A DNA stretch of 31,557 nt from a virus (lineage: Duplodnaviria > Caudoviricetes): the IMG/VR virus record IMGVR_UViG_3300038393_002326, positions 1 to 31,557 of that record; one strand, 5' to 3'. The notes below the pieces were generated by a model. That model worked only from the letters and a program-made list of their open reading frames with translations. It did no database searches and had not been told where the DNA came from. Both the position numbers and the translations under genes were made by a program. Positions within the stretch are counted from its first letter, which is position 1, and every line of letters starts with the position of its first letter. Shown here piece after piece: positions 1 to 8,059 of this stretch.

Positions 1-2196
1 GGTCGCGGCCGGCAGGTGGCGCTTCCGGCCGACCGCCGTCTTCACGTAGCCCTTCGCGATGGCGAGGTCGTGCTGGCGCTTGATGTACGTCTTCACGCCT
101 GGATACCGGCCCATGTAACGGACCTGAATCATCTCCTTCGCTTCCTCGACGTCGATGCCCAGGTCCTTCGCCAGCTTCTGCGGACCCATGCCGTAGATGA
201 CGCCGAAGTTGATGGGCTTCGAGTTCTTCCGCTCCTTCGGGAAGCGCTTCTTCACTTCCTTCAGGCTGATGTCCTTCGGGATGTAGTCGAAGCAGGCCTG
301 CGCGGTGAGCGCGTGGATGTCCTCGTCGTTGCGGACCGCCTCGCACAGGGTCTTGTCGCCCGACACGTGCGCGAGCAGGCGAATCTCCAGCTGCGAGTAG
401 TCGCCCACGAAGAGGACGAACGGCGGGTTCTTCCCCCACCAGCGGACGACCCAGCCGTCCTTGATTTCGTAGCCGCCGTCGATACGACCTAACAGCGGGT
501 GCACCAGTTGCGGGTTGCCGCGCACCGTGAGGTGCTTCGGTCGCACAGGCTCACCCGCGTCGTTCAGGTGCCACTCATGCACCTCGATGTCACAGCACGT
601 GAGTCCCGTCGCGATGAACGCCTCGCGGATGGGGAACTCGCCGGAGACCGGGATGTTCTGGAGGTTCGGCTCGCGCGAGGAGAGGCGGCCGGTGCGCGCC
701 CCGCCCTGGATGAACCGCGTGCGGAGCCGTCCGTCCCGCGCGACCTTCTGCACCATCCCGACGAGGTAGGTGCCTAACAGCTTCCCGATTTCGCGCAGCC
801 GCTGCAGCTGCTGCGCCATCGGGTTGCCCTGCTCGTCGGCCCAGACGTCGATGTACTCCGACTTCGTGGACCACAGGCCGTTGGCGCCCTTCAGGCCTAA
901 CGGGGCGAGCGCGCACTCCTCGAAGAGGATGGCGTTCAGGACGTTGTTGCTGCCAGGATTGAAGACCTTGTGTGCAAGGTGCGGGAACTGCTTCAGCGCC
1001 GGCCGCAGCTTGTCGTCCTTGATTTTCTCCACGACCGGGTGGCCGGCGAGGCCGCTCGCGGCCCACAGCTCCTTCCGCGCCGCCGTCTTGTTCCACGGGA
1101 CGACGGCGTCGACCTTCGGCTTCCCGCGCCCCTGTGATTGCTGCTTGACCGTCTTTGGGTACTCCGCGTCGTCCGGCTTCAGCGCGAAGCGCCGCTCGTA
1201 CTCGTCGTACTGCTCGCACACCTTGCGCAGCAGGTCCGCGTCGACCAGCTGGTCGAAGTCCTGTCCCGGCCGCAGGGCGTACATCTTCGACTGGATGTCC
1301 GCGAGTTCCGCCTCGACCTGCACGCGCAGCCGCTTGAGCAGCGTCACGTCCAGCTCGATGCCGAACATCTCCATCTCGGCGAGGCAGAAGATGAAGTCGC
1401 GCTGGATGACGTCCCACACGCGCGCGGTCTCCGGGTCCTCGGCCAGCTTCGGCTGGAAGTACTCCCAGAGGCCTAACGTCTGCACCGAGTCATCGAACGC
1501 GTACTTCCCGAGACCGCGCTTGACGAGCTTCCCGTCGGCGTCGTACTGGTCCTCGATGGGAACGAGGTCGACGCGCATGATGACGTGCTCCTCGCCCTCC
1601 TCGTCGGCGTACTTCTCCTTCGGCGCGAAGTCCGGCAGCTCGGCCGCGAACTCGTAGCCGAGCAGGTGCTTCGAGCACGCCTTGAGTCCGTGCTCCCCCT
1701 CGCCTAGCAGCACCTGCTTCGGGCTCCCGACGCCGTTCGTGTTGAACAGGAACGAGAGAATCATCGTGTCCGCGATGCGGTTGCGGACGCGGATGCCCAC
1801 CTTGCCGTTCGGGCCGGGGAAGACGGCGAGCGCCTGGATGTCGGCCTTCGCGTTGTGCAGCACCCACTCGATGTCGCTGTCGAGGAGCCGCTGCAGGTCG
1901 TCGTAGACGTCTTCGTGCCGCAGCGAGAACTCGCCCGTCGAGTGGCCGACCGGGACGTAGGCGCCGTTGCGCGTGCAGACGCCGTTCTCCCACTCGAACC
2001 ACGCGAGGGAGAGGCCGACGTCCCAGAGGTCGGCGTACGACGTCAGAGAGGCGGGGTGGGCGGGCGTGAGGCCGCAGCGGCTGGCCTCGGGAACGAACTC
2101 GGTGTCGATGGCGCACACCCGCCGCCCGTCGTGCCACCGGCTCTGCTCCAGCTTCTGCAGGACGGCCTTCCAGGCCGCCCGGTCGCGTACAATCAT
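1..2196 (-). CDS. polA: Family A DNA polymerase with 3'-5' exonuclease domain (3' end truncated by window edge)
   Basis: Manual translation from ATG 2196 is open to position 1. ExoI CAIDTEF, ExoII HNAKAD, ExoIII KYAFDD, LAEMEMFGIELD, TGRLSSREPNLQNIP, motif A DYSQLEIR, motif B RKNSKPINFGVIYG. No N-terminal 5'-3' exonuclease domain. Not in the ORF track because the stop lies outside the window. Confidence 0.97.
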   Translation of the reverse strand, partial: MIVRDRAAWKAVLQKLEQSRWHDGRRVCAIDTEFVPEASRCGLTPAHPASLTSYADLWDVGLSLAWFEWENGVCTRNGAYVPVGHSTGEFSLRHEDVYDDLQRLLDSDIEWVLHNAKADIQALAVFPGPNGKVGIRVRNRIADTMILSFLFNTNGVGSPKQVLLGEGEHGLKACSKHLLGYEFAAELPDFAPKEKYADEEGEEHVIMRVDLVPIEDQYDADGKLVKRGLGKYAFDDSVQTLGLWEYFQPKLAEDPETARVWDVIQRDFIFCLAEMEMFGIELDVTLLKRLRVQVEAELADIQSKMYALRPGQDFDQLVDADLLRKVCEQYDEYERRFALKPDDAEYPKTVKQQSQGRGKPKVDAVVPWNKTAARKELWAASGLAGHPVVEKIKDDKLRPALKQFPHLAHKVFNPGSNNVLNAILFEECALAPLGLKGANGLWSTKSEYIDVWADEQGNPMAQQLQRLREIGKLLGTYLVGMVQKVARDGRLRTRFIQGGARTGRLSSREPNLQNIPVSGEFPIREAFIATGLTCCDIEVHEWHLNDAGEPVRPKHLTVRGNPQLVHPLLGRIDGGYEIKDGWVVRWWGKNPPFVLFVGDYSQLEIRLLAHVSGDKTLCEAVRNDEDIHALTAQACFDYIPKDISLKEVKKRFPKERKNSKPINFGVIYGMGPQKLAKDLGIDVEEAKEMIQVRYMGRYPGVKTYIKRQHDLAIAKGYVKTAVGRKRHLPAAT

Positions 2197-2237
2197 CTGC
2201 GGGGTGTCGTCGTGTACTCTACGTGCATTGTACCGGT

Positions 2238-2266
2238 ACAGTACTCCGGCACAATGGGGTCGTCAA
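2238..2266 (-). promoter_or_regulatory. Sigma70-type promoter for polA
   Basis: TTGACG-N17-TACTGT on the minus strand. A TACCGGTA palindrome overlaps the -10/+1 region. Confidence 0.65.
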
Positions 2267-2270
2267 GGGC

Positions 2271-2303
2271 AGAGACGCGAACGGGGACGCCGAAGCGTCC
2301 CCG
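2271..2303 (-). terminator. Hairpin terminator downstream of SSB
   Basis: Minus strand CGGGGACGC-TTCG-GCGTCCCCG (9-bp stem, cUUCGg tetraloop) followed by TTCGCGTCTCT. Confidence 0.7.
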
Positions 2304-2324
2304 CGCGTGCCTCCCCGTCGCCGC

Positions 2325-3002
2325 TCAGTTGTAGCGGACGACCTCCTCCTCAGCCTCTTCGGCGCTCGCCTGCGCCTTGCCCACCAGCTTCGCGAGGTCC
2401 TCGGCCGACTGCGGCGCGAGGTACTCCTCCCAGTTGATGAGCACCGCGTCGAGCGACTCGACGGGCGTCTTGCGCTGCTTGTTGATGAGGTCCAGCAGCT
2501 GCGACTCCGTCAGCTGGCCCTGCGGGACGAGCACGTCGCCGGTGGACGCCGACTGCCCCGAGTTGGAGCGCTCGACGTTGAACTCCTGGCCGGCGAGGCC
2601 GCCGAGCTTCACGCTGTACTTCTTCAGCGCCTTCAGCGACTTGAACTTCACGCCGAGGACGCGAATCTGGTCCTGGCCCGTCGACTTGTCCTTCCGCGTG
2701 AACTTCGTGCGGTCGAGGATGGTGTAGAACCCGACGGTGTACGGCTTGTCGCCGCTGGCGCAGAGCGGGCACTTGCCGCCCAGCTCCGGGGCGCGCAGGC
2801 ACGTGAACCAGTTCTGCCACTTCCCGTCGATTTTCAGCTGGTGCTCCTCGATGATGGGCGGGTTGTCATCGAGGAAGACGATGTTCGTCTCCGCGCCGGG
2901 CTTCATCCAGAAGCGCCACGGCTTCCCCGCCTCGGCCATCCGCTCCGCGAACTCCTGCTCCTTCTGCTCGAACGCCTCGTACCCCCGCTTGATGAACGAC
3001 AT
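2325..3002 (-). CDS. Single-stranded DNA-binding protein, gp32-like
   Basis: RFWMKPG...IVFLDD, putative Zn ligands H...C...CPLC, acidic C-terminal tail (AEEAEEEVVRYN). Lies between primase and polymerase; GGGAG SD upstream. Confidence 0.75.
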   Translation of the reverse strand: MSFIKRGYEAFEQKEQEFAERMAEAGKPWRFWMKPGAETNIVFLDDNPPIIEEHQLKIDGKWQNWFTCLRAPELGGKCPLCASGDKPYTVGFYTILDRTKFTRKDKSTGQDQIRVLGVKFKSLKALKKYSVKLGGLAGQEFNVERSNSGQSASTGDVLVPQGQLTESQLLDLINKQRKTPVESLDAVLINWEEYLAPQSAEDLAKLVGKAQASAEEAEEEVVRYN

Positions 3003-3111
3003 GCCGTTCTCCCTGGTGTGCTGCCTACTGGCCCAGAGCCGTAGAGGCGGGCGGTCGGTCAGCGTGATGGTGTCCTACATGGTGACGCCGGCAGTATGCC
3101 GTGAGTGTACC

Positions 3112-3140
3112 AGTATACCGTCGCTGCAACGCCTTGTCAA
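3112..3140 (-). promoter_or_regulatory. Near-consensus sigma70 promoter for SSB
   Basis: TTGACA-N17-TATACT on the minus strand. Confidence 0.8.
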
Positions 3141-3168
3141 CGGTAAATGACCGTTCAGTACCGGTACG

Positions 3169-4272
3169 TTACCTGCGCGCCCGGTGCCGCCGCTGGGACG
3201 TCAGCTTGGCGTACTTGAGCGCGAGCCAGGACTTCCGGTCCCGCACCGCGAGGCGGGCGCGCTCTCGCAGCGCGTCCACGGGCTCGTCGGGCGTGAGCTT
3301 GTCCAGCGGGTCGGTCTTCGGCCACTCGACCACCGTCACGCGCGGCACGCGCCGCCGGAGGTGCTCCATGAGGCCGGGGTGCTCGATGCCACTGCGCTCG
3401 ACACCCCACGTCGCGAGCCGCCCCTCGTTGTCCGCGTCGAACGCGATGCAGACCTCGCCGCGCAGCGTGAGGCTGCCGAGGATGAGGCGCATCTGCTCCT
3501 CACTCCACTTCGCGCCCATCGTCGCCACAGCGACCGCCCCCTCGGTGCTCGCGCCGTAGGGAAGGACGTCCTGCCAGTCGGGCCGCTTCAGCCAGCCCGA
3601 GAGCGCCTCCGCGCTGGCCGGCGCCTCCACGACGACGAGGAAGTCGACCGGGCGGACGAGTCGGTGCTCACCGAACAGGTGCTCCGACTTGAGGAAGCCG
3701 TTGGGGTAGGTGCGGTACTTCGCGTCCTGCGTGTCCGGGTCCGTCTCACCGGGCAGGAGCCGCCCCTGCACCGCCACGACCTCGCCCTTCTTGTCGCGGA
3801 GCGGCAGCCACGCCCGCGCCTCGGCCTCCCCGTACGCCTTCGCCTCCTCGGGGTCGAGACCGCGCCCCACCCAGTACGGCGAGCCGGTGCCGAGAGCCAC
3901 GAGGATGGACGCGGGGATGAGCGCGACCTGCCGCGCGATGAACGCGGACTCGCCCATCTCGTCGTCCTCGGCCATGATGGTGAAGGCCTTGAGGTCGTTC
4001 AGCTGCTCGGCCGTCATGAGGCCGTCGCGCACGCGGTATCCGCCCGCCTTCACCACGGCGTCGTATATCGTCCCCGAGAAGCAGCCGGGGATGAAGCAGT
4101 TCGCCGGAGACATGCCCTCGGTGATGAGGGCGCCGAACTTCCGCCCCTTGTCGTGCCCGGAGTCGTGCGTCCACGGCGCGAGCGGGCAGTCGCAGGTCAG
4201 GTTGTCGCCCGACCGCTTGAAGCGGCTGGAGCCCAGCTGCTCAAGAATGTACTCCAAGGACTCGACGTTCAT
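3169..4272 (-). CDS. DNA primase (Zn-binding domain + TOPRIM)
   Basis: N-terminal CPLAPWTH...CFIPGC Zn module; PLRDKKGEVVAVQGR; KY..P.GF.KSEHLFG; TOPRIM VVVE and FDADNEG. Confidence 0.88.
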   Translation of the reverse strand: MNVESLEYILEQLGSSRFKRSGDNLTCDCPLAPWTHDSGHDKGRKFGALITEGMSPANCFIPGCFSGTIYDAVVKAGGYRVRDGLMTAEQLNDLKAFTIMAEDDEMGESAFIARQVALIPASILVALGTGSPYWVGRGLDPEEAKAYGEAEARAWLPLRDKKGEVVAVQGRLLPGETDPDTQDAKYRTYPNGFLKSEHLFGEHRLVRPVDFLVVVEAPASAEALSGWLKRPDWQDVLPYGASTEGAVAVATMGAKWSEEQMRLILGSLTLRGEVCIAFDADNEGRLATWGVERSGIEHPGLMEHLRRRVPRVTVVEWPKTDPLDKLTPDEPVDALRERARLAVRDRKSWLALKYAKLTSQRRHRARR

Positions 4273-4517
4273 CCGGCGAGGCCCAGGTACGTGCGAAGCG
4301 CTTTCTGGTTGTCACTCCGACCCGCGTTGTACGCGGTGTCTTTGACGTACTGCAGGAGGTTGAGGAGGGAGAGGCAGGGCCGCTCCTCGGTATGCGGGAA
4401 CAGCACGGCGTCGTCCCGCCAGCAGCCGGTGGCCGCATCGCGCCGGAAGCCCAGCGCCGCCATCTGGTCTTCGGTCAGGGGCGCCTGCAGCGCCGCCGCC
4501 GTGTAGTCGATTGTCAT
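4269..4517 (-). CDS. Hypothetical protein (~82 aa)
   Basis: ATGA overlap with the primase start and GC-rich third codon positions. Start placed at ATG 4517 because the promoter at 4547-4575 overlaps the longer ORF-track start. Confidence 0.65.
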   Translation of the reverse strand: MTIDYTAAALQAPLTEDQMAALGFRRDAATGCWRDDAVLFPHTEERPCLSLLNLLQYVKDTAYNAGRSDNQKALRTYLGLAG

Positions 4518-4546
4518 AGATACCGCTGGTGTACCAGCGTGGCGCC

Positions 4547-4575
4547 AGTATGCCACGCGCGAATGTCTTCGTCAA
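4547..4575 (-). promoter_or_regulatory. Sigma70-type promoter for hypothetical gene + primase
   Basis: TTGACG-N17-CATACT with an extended -10 TG. Confidence 0.6.
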
Positions 4576-4708
4576 GGTACCCAACGGATACGGTGCCGGG
4601 ATGGGGGCTCTTCCAGCCGCTCTTGGGGGAACACGCTGCCTGGGTCGTTCCCTCCCCAGGACCCCTTCCGACACCGCATCCGAAGCGTACCGCGCGCTTC
4701 GGACAGAA

Positions 4709-5980
4709 TCAAGCGTACTGCAGCGCGTCGTCGTCCTCGATGATGACCGTGCCGACGCCGAGGTCCTTGCTCTCCATCGTGTCGAAGTCCCAGCCGACGC
4801 GGATGGGCTCGGGCCGCGCCTCGCGCACCGCGAGCGGGAGGAGGTTCAACACGTTGTTCACCCGGTCATCGTCGCTCTGCTCCAGGCCGATGAGGATGTC
4901 GACGTCCTGCGCGAACGCGTCGGAGCCCCGCGCGTCGGACATCGTCATCTGCGTCTTCGACTTCTTCTGGTCTGCGCCACGCCCCGCCTGGATGCTGATG
5001 ATGGTCGGGACCTTCTGGACCTGCGCGATGCGTTTGAAGCCGCGCGAGAGGTTCTGCTGCTGCTCCCACGCCTGCCGCGCCTTCTCCTCGTCAATGAGCA
5101 GGTAGGCGCCGTCGATGAAGAGGATGTCGGGCTTGAACTCCTCCACCTTCGCGTCGATACCGCTCACCGTCGACACGCCGTGCACCCACCGAAAGTCCGG
5201 CACCGCGCCGGCCGCGAACGCGGCGTCGAGGTCCGCCATAGCCTTCTCGTAGCGCTGTTCCTCGACGTCGGTCAGGTCGCCGGTGCGGAAGCGCTCGTAC
5301 GGCAGCTTCGCGTGGAGTGCGTCGAAGCGCCGGTCCATCATCTCGTCCGGCAGCTCCTTGTTGACGAACATCACGCGGTAGCCGGCCCGCCACGCCGCGT
5401 ACGCGAGGCGCAGCATGAACCACGTCTTTCCGGTCTTCGGTCGTGCCATCACGCCGACGTACATCTCTTTCTGCCACCCCTGCGTCATGTCGTCCAGCGA
5501 CGGCCACGGCGTGGGGATGCCTAACAGACCGACCTTCGCCTTCCGCTGCCGGTAGGCGTCGAGGCGCTGCGAGATGTTGTCGGTGATGAGTCGCTCGATG
5601 TGCCGCGTGCCTAACGCCGAGAGGCGCACCAGCTGCTGGCCGAGCGACGTGGCGACGTCGAGCGGGTTGCCGAGGTCGAGCCGCGTGATGTGCTGCTCCA
5701 CGACCTCGAAGGCCCGGTTGCGCACGAACTGCTCGACCATCGCATCGACGTAGACCTCGACCGGCTCGGCCGCGTAGCCGAACTGGTAGCCGGGGAACTG
5801 CGCCTGCACCGTCTGCGGCGACGGGACCTTGCGGTACTGCTTGTGGAAATCGAGGAGGTACTTGTAGACCCCCGCGCTCTCCGCGTCCGCGAACATCTCA
5901 GGCTGCACCCGGCGGTCGAGGAAGACCGCGAGGCTCTGGTCCGAGAGGGCGCGGGAGAGCGCCATACGTCCGAAGTCCAA
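4709..5980 (-). CDS. dnaB: DnaB-like replicative helicase (SF4)
   Basis: GIPTPWPSLD, Walker A ARPKTGKT, FVNKEL, Walker B ILFIDGAYL, ARGSDAFAQDVD. Start is TTG 5980 or ATG 5965. Confidence 0.92.
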   Translation of the reverse strand: MDFGRMALSRALSDQSLAVFLDRRVQPEMFADAESAGVYKYLLDFHKQYRKVPSPQTVQAQFPGYQFGYAAEPVEVYVDAMVEQFVRNRAFEVVEQHITRLDLGNPLDVATSLGQQLVRLSALGTRHIERLITDNISQRLDAYRQRKAKVGLLGIPTPWPSLDDMTQGWQKEMYVGVMARPKTGKTWFMLRLAYAAWRAGYRVMFVNKELPDEMMDRRFDALHAKLPYERFRTGDLTDVEEQRYEKAMADLDAAFAAGAVPDFRWVHGVSTVSGIDAKVEEFKPDILFIDGAYLLIDEEKARQAWEQQQNLSRGFKRIAQVQKVPTIISIQAGRGADQKKSKTQMTMSDARGSDAFAQDVDILIGLEQSDDDRVNNVLNLLPLAVREARPEPIRVGWDFDTMESKDLGVGTVIIEDDDALQYA

Positions 5981-6607
5981 TTATGCCTCCCCCTTGAAGA
6001 GCCCGCGCAGCTGCTGCTGCCGCTCGCGCCGCCAGTTCCGCCCGCCCCGGTCCTCGCCCACGACCTCGATGGGCACGGCCGCCTCCGCGAGAAGGCTCGC
6101 GACGTCGACCGTCGACTGCTCCGCGACCTTCGCGAACTCCACGTTGCTGGTGAACACCGTGACCTTCTGCCGCTGCGTGCGGTCGCGAATGAGCTTCTCC
6201 AGTTCCGCCTCCACGAAGCCGCTCTTCCCCTTGTGCTCCTTGAGGAAGTCGTCCAGCACCAGCACGTCGACCGCGCGCATCCGCTCGGGGATGGTCGTGT
6301 GGTCGTCGTACGCGGGCCGCTGGATGGCGAGGTCCGGCACGTCGGACGACATCACGTAGTGCGCGGTGAACCCGAGCCGCAGTGCGTGCTTCGCGATGAC
6401 GCACGCGAGCGCCGTCTTGCCCGTCCCGTTCTTGCTCGCCCAGAGGTATACGCCGCCGCCCTGCGCGACCCCCTCGCGGAGGTTGCGCAGGTAGTTGGCG
6501 ACGTGCGCCTTGAACGGCGCAGTGTCTGGGACCTTCGAGAGCGTGGCGTCCCAGTACTTCTCGGGGATGTGGGCCTTGGCGAGGTCCGTGCTGGTCAGCG
6601 TACGCAC
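5981..6607 (-). CDS. DnaC/IstB-like AAA+ ATPase (helicase loader)
   Basis: AHIPEKYWDATL, Walker A NGTGKT, Walker B VLVLDD, TVFTSN. GTG 6607 follows the ligase stop by one base and is preferred to the overlapping 6691 start. Confidence 0.85.
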   Translation of the reverse strand: MRTLTSTDLAKAHIPEKYWDATLSKVPDTAPFKAHVANYLRNLREGVAQGGGVYLWASKNGTGKTALACVIAKHALRLGFTAHYVMSSDVPDLAIQRPAYDDHTTIPERMRAVDVLVLDDFLKEHKGKSGFVEAELEKLIRDRTQRQKVTVFTSNVEFAKVAEQSTVDVASLLAEAAVPIEVVGEDRGGRNWRRERQQQLRGLFKGEA

Positions 6608-6608
6608 G

Positions 6609-7973
6609 TTAGGCCGCGTCGTACACGCAATCCGAGGGGTTTTTCTCGGAAATCCGCATGCGGATGAAGCAGGGATGCCGCATGAGACCACTGTCCGGCC
6701 AGCGCTGCTGGAACGTCACCATCATCGGCTCCCCGATGTAGTCAATCGGGCGCTCGGTGAAGAGCCGCGCCTGCTCCTGCGTGAAGCCGCTGCAGGAGCC
6801 CATGTGAACGAGGGCGTGCGTCGGAATCATGGACAGGGCGTCGTCCACCAGCTCCGTCGGGTTCCCGACGATGTTCTTCTCCATCTTCGGAGTGAGCTGG
6901 TTGATGGGCACCCACTGCGCGAAGGTGATGGCCCCGACCACCTCGGTGTTGTACATGCCCTTCCCCATCTCGAAGCCGGTCACGATGACGTCGGCCTCGC
7001 TGAAGGGCTTCACCTTGAGCAGGTCGGCCGAGCGCCGGCCCGGCAGCGTCGTGTCGGTGTACGGAGCCGTGAGGCGCTTGAGCATGATGCCCTCCCAGCG
7101 CTCCGTCTGGCTCCGCTGGAGCAGGGCGCGCTTCTCCTCCTCGGTCCGCGCGATGGGCGAGCGCTTCGCGCTCTTCGCGAAGCCCTTCCACATACCGGCG
7201 ATGCCGCCCTGGTCGAGGAGGTGCTGCCGCGCCTCGCTGTACCACGTGTCGAGCACCGCGCGCCGCTGCTCGTACGGCAGGCCGCGCAGGTCGCGCCCGT
7301 TGAACCACAGGCAGTCGAGGAGCCACGCGAAGACCAACCCCTGCTCGTCCTGCTTGCGCAGCGCTTCCGCGTACGACGAGCCCATGATGCTGCGCATCGC
7401 GCGAAACCCACCCTCGTGGTCGAGTTCCACGTCGAACACCGTCACCCCGTCCATCGGCACCGGCCACTCGGCCATGTGCTGTATGTGGTACGAGTTCGCC
7501 GCGAGGCGGCCAGAGTGCTTGCCGATGACGCGCGTCGTCGCGCGGAAGCCGACGTTCCCCTTGTCGGCGCCGGTCGTGATGAACTCGTCGCGGTCGAAGT
7601 CCGGGTTGATGCCCGGCCAGAACGTGAGCAGCTGCCGCTCGCCGTCGTACTTCCGTTCGGCCACCCACTCGTCGGAGCGGAGCAGGTCATCGAGGTCGAG
7701 GTTCGCGTAGTCCTCGATGTTCTTCGCGAGCATCGGGTGAATCTGGTCGAACGGGTCCGGCGACAGTTGGCCGAAGACCTCGGACAGCGGCAGCTCCAGC
7801 ACCACACCCGTGTCCTCGATGCGGACCTTGAGCGACTTCGTCGCGTTGACCTTCTCGATGATGACGGCCGTGTCGGTGTCGCGGTCGGCGTAGTTCACCA
7901 GCACCCGCATTCCCTTCTTGTACTTCGCGTAGGGGAGCGGGACGGCGCGGTCGATGGGGATGCTGAGTGGCAT
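6609..7973 (-). CDS. ATP-dependent DNA ligase with N-terminal extension
   Basis: Motif I KYDGER, III FDVEL, IIIa LLDCLW, IV EGIMLK, V LLKVK, VI RHPCFIRMR. ATG 7973 chosen because a promoter and repeat array occupy 8009-8053. Confidence 0.93.
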   Translation of the reverse strand: MPLSIPIDRAVPLPYAKYKKGMRVLVNYADRDTDTAVIIEKVNATKSLKVRIEDTGVVLELPLSEVFGQLSPDPFDQIHPMLAKNIEDYANLDLDDLLRSDEWVAERKYDGERQLLTFWPGINPDFDRDEFITTGADKGNVGFRATTRVIGKHSGRLAANSYHIQHMAEWPVPMDGVTVFDVELDHEGGFRAMRSIMGSSYAEALRKQDEQGLVFAWLLDCLWFNGRDLRGLPYEQRRAVLDTWYSEARQHLLDQGGIAGMWKGFAKSAKRSPIARTEEEKRALLQRSQTERWEGIMLKRLTAPYTDTTLPGRRSADLLKVKPFSEADVIVTGFEMGKGMYNTEVVGAITFAQWVPINQLTPKMEKNIVGNPTELVDDALSMIPTHALVHMGSCSGFTQEQARLFTERPIDYIGEPMMVTFQQRWPDSGLMRHPCFIRMRISEKNPSDCVYDAA

Positions 7974-8008
7974 CGGGGAGTCGTCTGGTGGTGGGTCGTC
8001 GCGTGCGG

Positions 8009-8038
8009 ACGGTAACCGCGAATACCGGTACATGTCAA
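8009..8038 (-). promoter_or_regulatory. Sigma70-type promoter for ligase-loader-helicase genes
   Basis: TTGACA-N18-TACCGT. One TACCGGTA sits inside the spacer and another just upstream of the -35. Confidence 0.55.
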
Positions 8039-8059
8039 GTACTGTACCGGTACATAAGG

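Noticed and set aside
421-1260. Polymerase insertions as inteins or introns
   Set aside because: The frame is uninterrupted, the inserts are short, and there is no C-terminal His-Asn followed by Cys/Ser/Thr or homing-endonuclease motif.
1-2196. Polymerase specialised for modified bases (DpoZ-type)
   Set aside because: No purZ or nucleotide-modification genes in the window and no diagnostic feature I can read.
4576-4708. G/C-run-rich intergenic segment as an ncRNA or tRNA
   Set aside because: Only short imperfect stems; no cloverleaf or recognisable RNA family.
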